Positions 40,941 through 51,529 are shown, counted from the stretch's first letter. The stretch: 64,000 nt of DNA from an uncultured bacterium (GCA_963977015.1 CAXBMO010000016.1:64001-128000); one strand, 5' to 3'. Notes: a model not told the origin generated them from the sequence alone. Translations and numbers: made by a program.

Positions 40941-42425
40941 CTACCTCCGAGTCCGAGGTTTCGCTTCCGGGTAAGCCGCCAGCTTCGCCCGCAGTTCCTG
41001 AACCACTTCCGGCAACTGCGCGGCCAGGTTCGCGGTTTCAACGGAGCCGTTCTCGTAGTCATAGAGCTCAATCTCGGCACTTGCCGGGTCCGCTCCGGGC
41101 GCTTTCCATTCCACCAACCGGTAGCGCTCCGTGCGAATCGCCCGGCCCAACTTCCGTTTTGGGTAGGCATGAAACGCGTGATCGCGCACCCGTGCCTCAG
41201 GATTTTTCAAGACCGGAACCAACGAAACGCCGTCGATTGGCTGCGGGCCTTTCGGCGCGGGCAAACCTGCAAGCTCAGCCACGGTCGGAAAAAGATCGAC
41301 ACTCTCGGCAGGTTGATTGGTATGGGAACCCGGTTTGGTCACTCCGGGCGCCGTGATCAAAATCGGGATGCGGGTCGCTTGCTCATAGTTCGTGTGCTTG
41401 GTCCAGATTCCCAAGTCACCGAGATGAAAGCCATGGTCGCCCCACAACACCACGATCGTATTCTCCGACAACCCCAACCGATCCAGCTCAGCCATCACCT
41501 TGCCGATTTGGGCGTCCACGAAACTGGTGCTGGCATAATAGCCATGAATGAGTTTGCGCTTCAATTCCTCGCTGAATTCGCCATTCACCGGCACCGGCTC
41601 GTACGCGGCGATCTCCCCTCCCCGCTTGTGCGCCACGGTTGGCGAATCCTGCGGCACCTCTTCGATCGACGGCAGCGGCAACTCGTCCGGATGATAGAGA
41701 TCCCAATATTTTTTCGGCGCACTGAACGGCAAATGGGGGCGAACAAACCCCGCCGTGATCAAAAACGGGGTTCCCTCTTTCTCCCGGAGTTCCCGGGCTG
41801 CCTGCAATCGCGCCACCGTTTCCGCCGCCACTCTTCCATCGGCATACTCTTCATCCTCAGCCTCGGGAGATTCAAACGCGGCCCCGCGCGGCAGGGATTT
41901 GATCTCTCCAAGGCGCTGGTTGGTGAACAACGCCTCTTCGCGAGTCAACTTTCCCCCATCCGTGCTGGCGGGATCCAGATACTCAATCACCAGGTCCTTG
42001 AAATGCGGCACGCTGAAGGACTCCGGATCGCCTTCATTGCCGTGCCCGATATGGAAGACTTTGCCGAGCGATTCCGTTCGGTAACCATGGTTGGCGAAAT
42101 GCTGCGGCATCGTCACCGCGTCCGGCAAAACGTTCCGCAGCTTGCTGCCAAGTCCATAGAGCCCGGTCGAGGTCGAATGCGATCCCAACATCAAGGTAAA
42201 TCGTGAAGGAGCACACACCGCCTGATTGCAGAACGCGAGATCGAAGCGCATGCCTCGCTCCGCCAACGCATCGAGGTGCGGCGTCTTCGCCACGGGATCC
42301 CCATAACACCCCAACGAAGGCTTGAGATCGTCCACCAGCAGGAGGAGCACATTCGGTCGCTCGGCAAAGAGCGGTGGCGCGAGCAGAACGAGGAGAAGCA
42401 GACAACAACAATGGGGTTTGGTCAT
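40941..42425 (-). CDS. Sulfatase (iduronate-2-sulfatase-like)
   Basis: VDDLKP, CAPSR, GKVFH, RPHLPF, WGDHG, WTKH. Confidence 0.95.
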   Translation of the reverse strand: MTKPHCCCLLLLVLLAPPLFAERPNVLLLLVDDLKPSLGCYGDPVAKTPHLDALAERGMRFDLAFCNQAVCAPSRFTLMLGSHSTSTGLYGLGSKLRNVLPDAVTMPQHFANHGYRTESLGKVFHIGHGNEGDPESFSVPHFKDLVIEYLDPASTDGGKLTREEALFTNQRLGEIKSLPRGAAFESPEAEDEEYADGRVAAETVARLQAARELREKEGTPFLITAGFVRPHLPFSAPKKYWDLYHPDELPLPSIEEVPQDSPTVAHKRGGEIAAYEPVPVNGEFSEELKRKLIHGYYASTSFVDAQIGKVMAELDRLGLSENTIVVLWGDHGFHLGDLGIWTKHTNYEQATRIPILITAPGVTKPGSHTNQPAESVDLFPTVAELAGLPAPKGPQPIDGVSLVPVLKNPEARVRDHAFHAYPKRKLGRAIRTERYRLVEWKAPGADPASAEIELYDYENGSVETANLAAQLPEVVQELRAKLAAYPEAKPRTRR

Positions 42426-42530
42426 GGCAAGGCCCAGCATTCACAAAGTTCGCTCAAAAGAAAAGCCTGATTGAACTTTCCTCCTTGTGCATTGCGGCAT
42501 TGCACCAACCATACAATCAACCCCGCATTC

Positions 42531-43370
42531 ATGACCAACGAACAAGCCATTCAGGAAAACCTCGAAGGATGGGAGAACGTCGCCCACCTTCATGCGCAAG
42601 GCTCCGGAGCCGCGTTCTATCGCATCGAGCAATGGCTTGCCGGTGAGTGTAAACTGGGAGACTGGGAAGTGGAAGAGATCGGTGAGATTGAAGGCCGGAG
42701 CCTGCTTCATTTGCAATGCCACATTGGGACCGACACGCTGAGTTGGGCAAGACGCGGCGCCAAGGTCACCGGACTCGATTTTTCGTCCAAGGCGATTCAG
42801 GAGGCGGAACGTTTTGCTGGCTTGTTGGGAATCGACAGCGCCCGCTTTGTGATTTCCTCCGTCGAGAACGCGGTCAACACTCTCAACGGCGAGACCTTCG
42901 ACATTCTCTACACCGGTCGCGGCGCACTCTGTTGGTTACCCGATCTCAACGAGTGGGCTGCTGTTTGTCGTCAACTGGTCAAGGACGGCGGCGTACTCTA
43001 TCTGGAGGAGGTTCATCCCACCCTCAGCTTGCTCGATTGTATCGAGGTCGATGGAAAGAAGATCCTGGCCCCAAAATATGATCCCTTTCATCAAGGACCG
43101 GTCTCTGAAACCTGCGAAGGTTCCTACGCCGACCGCGACGCGAAGACGGGCCCGATCATCACGCATTGCTGGGAGTTTCGCTTCGACACCCTCATCAACG
43201 CACTGGTTCAGAACGGCTTCCGGATCGATTTCCTTCACGAACGTCCCCAATGTTTCTACAAGCCGCGGGACGACGAAATGTTCGTGGCGGTCGATGAACG
43301 CTATTGGCGATTGGCCGACGACCAGGTGCCCATCCCCATGTCCTTTACGTTGCGGGCGATTGCGGACTGA
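42531..43370 (+). CDS. Class I SAM-dependent methyltransferase
   Basis: LLHLQCHIGTDTLS, GLDFS, FDILYTGRGALCWLPDL. Confidence 0.92.
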   Translation: MTNEQAIQENLEGWENVAHLHAQGSGAAFYRIEQWLAGECKLGDWEVEEIGEIEGRSLLHLQCHIGTDTLSWARRGAKVTGLDFSSKAIQEAERFAGLLGIDSARFVISSVENAVNTLNGETFDILYTGRGALCWLPDLNEWAAVCRQLVKDGGVLYLEEVHPTLSLLDCIEVDGKKILAPKYDPFHQGPVSETCEGSYADRDAKTGPIITHCWEFRFDTLINALVQNGFRIDFLHERPQCFYKPRDDEMFVAVDERYWRLADDQVPIPMSFTLRAIAD

Positions 43371-43410
43371 CAACTCCGCGCCCGCCGAGTCGAGGATCTC
43401 TCGTTGCTGC

Positions 43411-45822
43411 CTATTTGGTTCGAAAGGCTTCACTGGAGACGACGATTTCTACCAGCTTTCGCAAACGGTAATCGTTCTCGGCAAACTCGTGACGTATTCC
43501 CTCGATCTCCGGTTCATCGGTGAGTTCCAGCGTCCGGCCCACCGCATAACTCAAGAGCTTGGAAACCAAGGCGTGAGCAAACTGATCTTTCCGTTCCGTC
43601 AGAAGAAAGGCTCGCAGTTCTTCGACGCCCTTTACCTCATGACCACCGGGCAGCACATCCATCGCCACCACCGGATTCGAGACAAACTTTTTGCCCGCCT
43701 TCCGCCGAATCGTCTCTCGATAGAGCCCGACCGCATCAAAATGTTCCAACGCGATCCCCCAGGGATCGATCCCGCGATGGCAATCGACACAACCGGGCTC
43801 GTCACGGTGAGCGGCGAGTTGTTCACGAACCGTCAACTTCGCGAAATCCGGGTTCTCCGCGTCCAGACTCGGCACATCGGGCGGAGGTGGCGCCGGTGGA
43901 TCGTGAAGCAGACGTTCCCGAATCCAGACCGCCCGTTTGATGGGATGAGAGTCTTCCCCGGTCGACGCTCCCAGCAACGTGCTCGCCTGAGTCAACAATC
44001 CCCCTCGCCGCGAATCGGATGCCAGCACCACTTTCTCAAACGCCGTGGTTCGCGGGCCATTCTCAAGGCCGTAGTGACGAGCGAGCGGTTCATTTGCCAT
44101 GACGAAGTCCGAGTCCAGAAACAAAAGCGCTGACAAATTCTGTTCCAGAATTTCCGCGAAGAACGCCTCGGTTTCCTGACGCATCCACGGCTTCAGCGCA
44201 GGATCGAAATCCGGGTAATATTCGGGATTGATCGCCACCCGATCCAACTGGTCCAGATCCAGCCATTGACCGGTAAACTGCTTCACGAAGCGACGCGATT
44301 TCGGACTCTGCAACATCCGCTCAACCTCGGCCGAAAGCGTCGCCGGATCGCTCAGGGTTCCCGCCTTCGCCAACTCAAAGAGCCGGTCGTCCGGCATCGA
44401 ACTCCACAGAAAATAGGAAAGCCGCGAAGCCAGTTCATATTCGTTCAAGGGTCGCTTTTCGTCCGACGAACCCGGTTCCACCAGAAACAGAAACTCGGGC
44501 GAGATCAATGCCATCGCCAACGTCTCTCGCGCCGCTTCTTCGAAGGTCTCAAAGGTGGGGCGAACTTTGGCGAAGTAACGTTGCAGATTCTTCACCTCCA
44601 CTTCGGTTGGCGGCCGACGAAACGCCCGCGCGAGAAACTGCTCCAGAACTTCCCTCATATAAACCAACTCCCCTTCTTCCCGGGTCGCCGAGTCAGGCAA
44701 AATCTGCCGGTGATGGTTCGGCGGCCAGGCCTCGAAAATCGGCGACTTGAACTCGACGGACTCGACCACAATTTGCGGGAAATCGGGATCGGCTTCGTAA
44801 ATGGTTTTCCTGGACTTCTTCTTCGGGTTCTTGGGATTGACCGTTTCAATCGTCATCGCCTCCTTCACGTTCTTCCCATCGTGATAAGCATTGGAAACCC
44901 AGATCAACAGTCCCGGGTACTTGCTCTGAACACGGCTCTGCAGCGGGAACTCTTCAAGGCGGCCGCGAAGCACGTACTCCCTGGACTCAGGCGCCACATC
45001 AATCCTGGCAACTTCCCGCGACGGTCGCTGCGTGTCGGCACGATAACCCAGATCCACTTTCATCACCGGATAAGCCGAGTCCTGCGTCGGCAGCTTCGCG
45101 TGAGCTCGGACCCGAATTTCAAACTCGCCTTCTTCCGGAAAATCGGGAACGCGGGAGACAAACACACCGCTGCGGGCAAGTTGATTCGTGAAGTTCCCCC
45201 TACCCTTGTCCGCATCGCTCTTCTCCGTGAGGTGAACAACGGGCTCGGGCTCGGGACCCAACACGATCGCCCGGCTCAGGGCATTGCGCGCCGTGGCAAG
45301 AAAGTGTTCCAGTTGCATCGCCGACATCCCCAACGAAGCGCCGTTGTTCTGAAATCCATCCGGGCTCAAGGGATCACTCGGCAGATTTCGGACGTAGTTG
45401 AGATCCAGCCTCAGCAGATCCTGCATCGTGTTCTGATATTCCACTCGGTTCAGCCGCCGAATCACCACCCGACCTCCACTTGACTGCTTCGCCGCAATCG
45501 CGCGTTGCAACTCATCATTGATCCAATCGCTCAACACCTTGCGCTCGGCATCGGACGGCTGAGCTTCGTCGTCAGGCGGCATCTCTCCGAGTTGCAGGGC
45601 GTTCAACGCGTCGTGCCAGGTTTCGGCCGCCGCGGAATCGGCTAGCATGTCCGTCGAAAGCGTGTCGAATCGCACCTTGCCCTTTTCCCGGTCCGGTCCG
45701 TGACAACGGATGCAGTAGTCGTTCAAAACGGGACGAACATCACGGTCAAAATCCACGTCTGCAGCCATGGCAAACGCCGGAATCAAGCAAAGGAAAGGAA
45801 GTGGCAGGTGGCGAAACATCAT
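43411..45822 (-). CDS. DUF1592/DUF1588/DUF1585-type planctomycete cytochrome protein
   Basis: CIRCH, RRLNRVEY, ELASRLSYFLWSSMPD, RGGLL, CVDCH, IDPWGIALE. Confidence 0.92.
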   Translation of the reverse strand: MMFRHLPLPFLCLIPAFAMAADVDFDRDVRPVLNDYCIRCHGPDREKGKVRFDTLSTDMLADSAAAETWHDALNALQLGEMPPDDEAQPSDAERKVLSDWINDELQRAIAAKQSSGGRVVIRRLNRVEYQNTMQDLLRLDLNYVRNLPSDPLSPDGFQNNGASLGMSAMQLEHFLATARNALSRAIVLGPEPEPVVHLTEKSDADKGRGNFTNQLARSGVFVSRVPDFPEEGEFEIRVRAHAKLPTQDSAYPVMKVDLGYRADTQRPSREVARIDVAPESREYVLRGRLEEFPLQSRVQSKYPGLLIWVSNAYHDGKNVKEAMTIETVNPKNPKKKSRKTIYEADPDFPQIVVESVEFKSPIFEAWPPNHHRQILPDSATREEGELVYMREVLEQFLARAFRRPPTEVEVKNLQRYFAKVRPTFETFEEAARETLAMALISPEFLFLVEPGSSDEKRPLNEYELASRLSYFLWSSMPDDRLFELAKAGTLSDPATLSAEVERMLQSPKSRRFVKQFTGQWLDLDQLDRVAINPEYYPDFDPALKPWMRQETEAFFAEILEQNLSALLFLDSDFVMANEPLARHYGLENGPRTTAFEKVVLASDSRRGGLLTQASTLLGASTGEDSHPIKRAVWIRERLLHDPPAPPPPDVPSLDAENPDFAKLTVREQLAAHRDEPGCVDCHRGIDPWGIALEHFDAVGLYRETIRRKAGKKFVSNPVVAMDVLPGGHEVKGVEELRAFLLTERKDQFAHALVSKLLSYAVGRTLELTDEPEIEGIRHEFAENDYRLRKLVEIVVSSEAFRTK

Positions 45823-45961
45823 GAAGAATCAGGAACAGACACGGAAACCGGTCCGCTGGTATTTCAGCCGGATTCCAACTTTGAAAATCGCGTTCCCCAG
45901 CCATCCGCGCCATCCAGGGATCGTCCTTGTTGACCTCCCGTTGCACGGGTATGAGTCGTTC

Positions 45962-47476
45962 ATGACCACGAAACTCCTCCTTGGCCTTCTGCTGGCGACG
46001 GTCGCCAACTCGATCGCGGAACCTCGCTACGCCCGGATTTTTACCGATCACGCGGTCTTGCAGCGGGACGCCAATGTCCTGGTTTGGGGATTCGATGCGG
46101 ACCCCAAAGTTCCCCTTCAACTCCGATTTGGCGCCATCACCGCCAATGCCGGGATCGAACCGGACGGCAGCTGGACCGCCGAGTTGCCGCCGATGCCGGC
46201 CAGCCAAACCGGAAGAAATCTGGAGTTGCTTCAGGGCGAGACCGTCGTGGCCGCCCTGCGCGACATTCTGGTTGGTGACGTGTGGTTGGGCGCCGGGCAA
46301 TCCAACATGCAATTCGTGGTTCGCGGCATGTTGAAAGGACTGCCGGAAGCTCAACGCTGGGCGGACTCGGCAACGAAACCAACGATTCGGATTCGCCGCA
46401 TCGACGCGCCGGTTCTGGAGAGTCGAACCCGGGAATCGCGGGATCTCCCAAAGGCCGATCCCTGGATGGCGATGACGCCTGAGAGCGTGCCGAATTTCTC
46501 CGCGGTTCTCGCGGTCTTCGCCCGCCAACTCAACGATGAACTCGCGGTGCCGATCGGAATCATCGACACCTCCTGGGGAGGGAAACCCATCGAGCCGTTT
46601 ATTCCGCGCGAAGCGTTCGAATCGCCCCTCCTCAGCCCCATTCGCGACCTGGCGGATCGCGATCAGCTGGACGAACTCGCGAAGCACCGTGGCGGCGTCA
46701 TCATTCGCAATCCCGAGGGACATCCCGGCGCGATTTTCAATGCGCGGATTCGCCCGGTCATTCCCTATGCCTTGAAAGGCTTCCTCTGGTATCAAGCCGA
46801 ATCGAACGCCGGCAAAGGCGAGGACCCGCGCAACTATCGGCACAAGATGGAAGCGCTTGCCAGTGGCTGGCGGAATCGCTGGGCGCATCCGGATCTGCCG
46901 TTCTACTTTGTCCAGCTTCCGAGTTATCCCAACGCCACCGGCTGGATTCGGGTGCGCGAAGAGCAACGCCGCTCGCTTTCGATTCCCCATTCCGGGATGG
47001 CCGTGACCATCGACATCCGCGGCGAAGGCATTCATCCGCCCAACAAAGTCGCGGTGGGTGAACGGCTCGCCGCCCTCGCTCTCGCCGACATCAACGACAC
47101 CCCCAGCGGGACCGGCTCCGGCCCGATTTACGCTGGGCACCATATCGTCGGTTGGGAAGTGCGCGTCCGGTTTCGCGAAGTCGGTCAAGCTCTCTTCATC
47201 GGAGACAAACCCGGATTTGGCCCACCGGAGAAAACTCCGGACGAACCCCTCCGCTGGTTTGAACTCGCCGGAGCCGACGGCGTCTGGAAACCCGCCGAAG
47301 CGCGGATCGAAGGCAACGAAGTCGTCGTGCTCTGCCACGAGATCCCGCTCCCCGTCGCCGTCCGCTACGCCTGCACCACCGAACCCCAGGGAGGCAACCT
47401 CTACAACGCAGCCGGCCTCCCCGCCTCGCCCTTCTGCAGCGACCTGGAACTGCTCCCCTGGCAAGATCATCAGTAG
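45962..47476 (+). CDS. Sialate O-acetylesterase family protein
   Basis: HAVLQR, GQSNM, WGG, WYQAESN, IHPPNK, VAVRYA. Confidence 0.92.
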   Translation: MTTKLLLGLLLATVANSIAEPRYARIFTDHAVLQRDANVLVWGFDADPKVPLQLRFGAITANAGIEPDGSWTAELPPMPASQTGRNLELLQGETVVAALRDILVGDVWLGAGQSNMQFVVRGMLKGLPEAQRWADSATKPTIRIRRIDAPVLESRTRESRDLPKADPWMAMTPESVPNFSAVLAVFARQLNDELAVPIGIIDTSWGGKPIEPFIPREAFESPLLSPIRDLADRDQLDELAKHRGGVIIRNPEGHPGAIFNARIRPVIPYALKGFLWYQAESNAGKGEDPRNYRHKMEALASGWRNRWAHPDLPFYFVQLPSYPNATGWIRVREEQRRSLSIPHSGMAVTIDIRGEGIHPPNKVAVGERLAALALADINDTPSGTGSGPIYAGHHIVGWEVRVRFREVGQALFIGDKPGFGPPEKTPDEPLRWFELAGADGVWKPAEARIEGNEVVVLCHEIPLPVAVRYACTTEPQGGNLYNAAGLPASPFCSDLELLPWQDHQ

Positions 47477-47479
47477 CGC

Positions 47480-47504
47480 CGTAGCGGAATTTGCAAAGAT
47501 TCCG
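47480..47504 (+). repeat. GTAG-type REP, single copy
   Basis: CGTAGCGGAATTTGCAAAGATTCCG is 24/25 identical to the reverse complement of 13991-14015. Confidence 0.8.
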
Positions 47505-47537
47505 CCCCACCGGGCTTCGAAACGCTTCGCCCTGATC

Positions 47538-47608
47538 CTCACGCAAAGCCGCAAAGACGCGGAGTCAGGAATTGAAAGAATCTCTGCGACTCAGCGCCTC
47601 TGCGTGAG
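47538..47608. repeat. Imperfect palindrome with about 9-nt internal periodicity (REP-like)
   Basis: CTCACGCAAAGCCGCAAAGACGCGGAG ... CTCTGCGACTCAGCGCCTCTGCGTGAG (21/27 complementary). Confidence 0.75.
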
Positions 47609-47671
47609 ACCAAATCTTTCCCCTTGCTTCCAAGTATCTTCCTTCTTTACCCTCACCCAGATCTTGAGGCC

Positions 47672-50600
47672 ATGGCAGACGAGAATATCTCCTTCACTCT
47701 GAAACGCGAATACTGGTGCTTCATCAGCTATCGGCATTCCGATAACACCGAGCCCGGTCGCGAGTGGGCCTCCTGGCTCCATCACAGCCTGGAAACCTAC
47801 GAGGTGCCCAAGGACCTCGTCGGCAAAACCAACGAGCGCGGCGAAACCATCCCGGCCCAGATCTACCCCGTCTTCCGCGACGAAGAAGAACTTGCCGCCG
47901 GCCATCTCAAGGAAGGCATTCGCGCCGCTCTTGCAGTCGCCAAATCGCTCGTCGTCATCTGCTCCCCCCGCACGCCGGAGTCGGAATACGTCGACGAAGA
48001 AATCCGCACCTACCAGCAATTGCGCAACCAGGAAATCCGCGAAGGCAAAACACCTCGCCGTGCCGATCCCATCATCATGGTCATCGAGGGCGACCCGCAA
48101 GCCGATCCTGCTGACAGCAAAGCAGCCTGCCTCCCGAAAAGCCTCCGGTATGAGATCGACGAAGCGGGTCAAATTACCGACCGGCCCGCACCGGAATCCC
48201 TCTGGATGGATTTCCGCCCGCCCACCGGCGAACCTGGTTGGACGTCCTCGGGCGCCTACCGCGAAGCTGCTCTGGAAGCCGGTTCTTCCGATGACAAAAA
48301 GGCCATCGAGTCCGAAGTCGCCGCCTACGCCAAAAAGCTGGACAACCTCAAGCTCCAAATCATCGCTGGGATTCTCGGGGTTCCGCTGGGCGAGGTGCAG
48401 AAGCGGGACGAAGCTTATCAGGCGATGAAAGCGCGCAAACGCGTTCGTGCCTTGCGCCTCTGGTTGGCGGCAGTGGGGGTGTTTGCGGTAGCTGCTGTGA
48501 TTGGCGGAATTGTCGCGGTCAATCAGCGTGAAAAGACCGTCACTGCGCAGCTGCTAAGCCAAAAGGAAAAGGCACTCAGGCAAAAGGAAATCGAATATCG
48601 TGCGGAAGAGCAAATCCAGCTAGGAATCGCAGCTAGCAATCTCAAAAATCGAGATGAGGCGGCGATTCGCCATCTGCTCGGCTACGAGTTGGCCGAGACT
48701 CATGAAGAAACTCGCCAGGCAGCCACCGAGCTAATTGCCAATGTTCCGAAACCTTTGCAGATTCTTCGCCACCAAAGTGCCGTTGAACGTGCAAAGTTCA
48801 TAAGTTCGACAGACCTGTTGATAAGCGTCAGCGAAGATAAGACAGCAAAAATTTGGAATACCCAAAGCGGACAAATTGTAGGCGAAATTAATGCGCGTCA
48901 AAGTGATGTCAGATCGATGGAATTCAGCAATGAAGGTCAATCTTTCTTTACTCTGAATGGGCGCTCCACAGTTCAAATCTGGGACACACGAAGCGGGAGA
49001 CGTATCGGTGAGCCGCTTAAACATGAATCATATGTAGTAAGCGGAGAATACAGCGTAGACGGCAGTCGCATAGCTACAGTCAGTAGCAAAAAGGCGTGGA
49101 TTTGGGACGTGGGAAGCCGGAGGCAGATCGTCGGACCCCTGGTTCATGGAAGTTACAATCTGAGAGAGGCACGGTTCAGCGCAGACGGTACAAAAGTCAT
49201 CACTATAGGCGACTTTGCAGTTAGAATTTGGAATCTAGAAAGTGGATTGCCCGTCGGCGAGCCGCTAGTTCATGAAGGTAGAATCACCATAGCAAAGTTC
49301 AGTTCCGACGACAGGCTTTTGCTCACGGCAGATGATGGCGGTTCTCTGAAAATATGGGATGCCAAAAGTGGTGTACCGGTTGGTAACGCCTTTCAACACG
49401 AACATTCCATTTACGATGCTCAATTCGCTCCAGATAGCCTGCGTGTCGCTACAGCGAGCAGAGACCAAACAGCACGAATCTGGAACCTACAGAATAGCAA
49501 ACCGGTCGGTGAGCCCCTTCGGCATGAAGCTTCTGTCGTTAGTGTTGATTTTAGTGCGGACGGACGCTTTTTAGTCACCGCCAGCGCGGACGGCACTGCG
49601 CGAATCTGGGACGCGACCAGCGGACTGCCTGTTGGTGCCCCTCTCCATCAAAGTGGTCTCGTTGGTGGAGCAAAGTTCAGTGTAGACGGGCACCAGGTTC
49701 TCACTTATGGGAGGACCGGTGAGGTTGTGAAAATCTGGGACGCAGAATATGGCCAATCCGTGGGCGAAGTATCATTCGGCCAAGAGTCAGCCTTTGCTGA
49801 CTTGCACTTCTCTGCAAAGGGAGCTCGCGTACTCTCGACCACCGGGAACACGGCACGAATTTGGGACCTGCTGACTGGACAGCCAATCGGCGAGGTTTTT
49901 GCGCATGAATGGGATGTCTACGGTGCGAAATTCAGCGTAGACGGACGATTTGTGGTAACGGCAAGTTTTGACCGCACGGCTCAAATCTGGGACGCGAATA
50001 CCAGTTTGCCCGTCGGTGCACCTCTTGAACATGGGGGGATAGTAAGGAGAGCAATTTTCAGCGCCGATGGGCGCCGTCTCTTGACTATTGGTAGGGACGA
50101 TCGAATCGTGCAAATATGGGACGCGGTTGCAGGCCAGCGGATCGGCAACGGCCTTAGCCACGATTCATTTGTAGTGAGCGGGAAGTTTAGTGCGGACGGG
50201 CATCGTGTAGTAACGGTAAGCGATAATCGGTTGGCTAGGATTTGGAACGCAGAAGCCGGGCAGCTTGTGGGTGAGCCTATCGCCCATGAGAGGGTGGTAT
50301 TCAGTCCTGAATTCAGCCCAGACAGCCAGCGATTGTTTACAGCAATCAATAGCGATTCGATTGGTCTTTGGGACTCCAATACGGGGCAATCCATCGGCAT
50401 CCCTCTCACGCACAGGTTTAGTATCAATGGAGTTCGATTCAATCCCAACGGTCGAACTTTAGTTACAGCAAGCGACGACTGTACAGCGCAGATTTGGGAC
50501 GTGCAAAACGGTCATCCTGTTGGTGATTCGCTTCGGCATGGGGGTAGCGTCTCCAGCGCAGAGTTCCGAGGGGACGGACGTCGTGTGGTGACGGCAAGCT

Positions 50601-51136
50601 TGGACGGGACAGTGCGGATCTGGGATGCAGAAACCGGTCAACAGATCGGCGAGCCCTTACGCCACGATGACAAGGTATTTCATGCGCGATTCGATGCAAA
50701 TGGCCGTCGAATTATTTCTCTGGATGCTGAAGGTTCCGCCAGAATTTGGGCTACGACAACCGGCCAGCAACTTGGCGAGGCGTTTACCCACAAAAGCAAA
50801 ATTCGTTCGGCAGAATCCAGTGGCGACGGCCGCTACCTGATCACAAGAAGTCAAGATTCGATTCGTACTTGGAATATGCCAGCCCCGGCTTGGGACGACC
50901 CTGAATGGCTCAAGCTCTCAGTAGAATACCGCTCAAATCATATCTACGATCACGAAAGCCGACTGATCCGAAAATTGACTTACCCGGAACACTTAGAGCG
51001 CCTGAAGTCGCTGCACGAAGAATACTCCGATGAACTCTGCGACTCCCCAACGTGGGAGCAAATCGACCGCTGGGTCGCAGAACAACGGCCGGGTTGGGAG
51101 AGTATGGTCCAATTTTCGAAGCAATCCGAACCTTGA
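47672..51136 (+). CDS. TIR domain - transmembrane helix - WD40 repeat protein
   Basis: CFISYRHSD, VFRDEEEL, LVVICSPRTPESEYVDEEI; TM LWLAAVGVFAVAAVIGGIVAV; more than a dozen repeats of the GEPLRH...FSxDG...TASxDxTARIWD type. Confidence 0.92.
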   Translation: MADENISFTLKREYWCFISYRHSDNTEPGREWASWLHHSLETYEVPKDLVGKTNERGETIPAQIYPVFRDEEELAAGHLKEGIRAALAVAKSLVVICSPRTPESEYVDEEIRTYQQLRNQEIREGKTPRRADPIIMVIEGDPQADPADSKAACLPKSLRYEIDEAGQITDRPAPESLWMDFRPPTGEPGWTSSGAYREAALEAGSSDDKKAIESEVAAYAKKLDNLKLQIIAGILGVPLGEVQKRDEAYQAMKARKRVRALRLWLAAVGVFAVAAVIGGIVAVNQREKTVTAQLLSQKEKALRQKEIEYRAEEQIQLGIAASNLKNRDEAAIRHLLGYELAETHEETRQAATELIANVPKPLQILRHQSAVERAKFISSTDLLISVSEDKTAKIWNTQSGQIVGEINARQSDVRSMEFSNEGQSFFTLNGRSTVQIWDTRSGRRIGEPLKHESYVVSGEYSVDGSRIATVSSKKAWIWDVGSRRQIVGPLVHGSYNLREARFSADGTKVITIGDFAVRIWNLESGLPVGEPLVHEGRITIAKFSSDDRLLLTADDGGSLKIWDAKSGVPVGNAFQHEHSIYDAQFAPDSLRVATASRDQTARIWNLQNSKPVGEPLRHEASVVSVDFSADGRFLVTASADGTARIWDATSGLPVGAPLHQSGLVGGAKFSVDGHQVLTYGRTGEVVKIWDAEYGQSVGEVSFGQESAFADLHFSAKGARVLSTTGNTARIWDLLTGQPIGEVFAHEWDVYGAKFSVDGRFVVTASFDRTAQIWDANTSLPVGAPLEHGGIVRRAIFSADGRRLLTIGRDDRIVQIWDAVAGQRIGNGLSHDSFVVSGKFSADGHRVVTVSDNRLARIWNAEAGQLVGEPIAHERVVFSPEFSPDSQRLFTAINSDSIGLWDSNTGQSIGIPLTHRFSINGVRFNPNGRTLVTASDDCTAQIWDVQNGHPVGDSLRHGGSVSSAEFRGDGRRVVTASLDGTVRIWDAETGQQIGEPLRHDDKVFHARFDANGRRIISLDAEGSARIWATTTGQQLGEAFTHKSKIRSAESSGDGRYLITRSQDSIRTWNMPAPAWDDPEWLKLSVEYRSNHIYDHESRLIRKLTYPEHLERLKSLHEEYSDELCDSPTWEQIDRWVAEQRPGWESMVQFSKQSEP

Positions 51137-51210
51137 CGTGGTGATTTGGGGATTGCTAGTGGAATTATTCGGACCCTCAAACAGTTACCGGTGGGCGAAA
51201 GTGAGCACAA

Positions 51211-51522
51211 TTGGCGGCTCTCTATCTCAAGGCGCTGGAGGCGGAAAACTGGGCTGCGGCGGAGACTTTTACGTCACAGCGACTGGCCAAGATGAAGCCG
51301 GGGGCGGAACGGCTCACCTGGGCCAATTCGAGCGTCGTCTGGGCCGTGACGCAGGTGATTCCCAACCAAATCGACGCTGCCTTGCAGAACGGCTTCATCA
51401 AGCTGGCCGAAATGCGCCTCGCCTCTTCCAAGGTGTTTGCCGCGACGTTGCCGGAGGCGCATCGGGCGCATTTCGCGGATCTGGAGCGCAAGATTGCGGA
51501 GGCGAGGGCCAACGCGGATTAA
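51211..51522 (+). pseudogene. Orphan helical C-terminal gene fragment
   Basis: TTG start with an in-frame TGA 9 nt upstream and no RBS; its tail is duplicated at 51628-51724. Confidence 0.5.
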
Positions 51523-51529
51523 ACGACAA

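Noticed and set aside
36007-47476. Sulfatases, SGNH hydrolase and O-acetylesterase as a polysaccharide utilisation locus
   Set aside because: Mixed orientations, unrelated genes interspersed, and no recognised glycoside hydrolase or transporter core; such enzymes are abundant in PVC genomes.
48700-50870. WD40 repeats as a CRISPR array or diversity-generating retroelement target
   Set aside because: The repeats are protein-level and diverged in DNA; no spacers, cas genes, reverse transcriptase or adenine-specific template/variable pair were seen.
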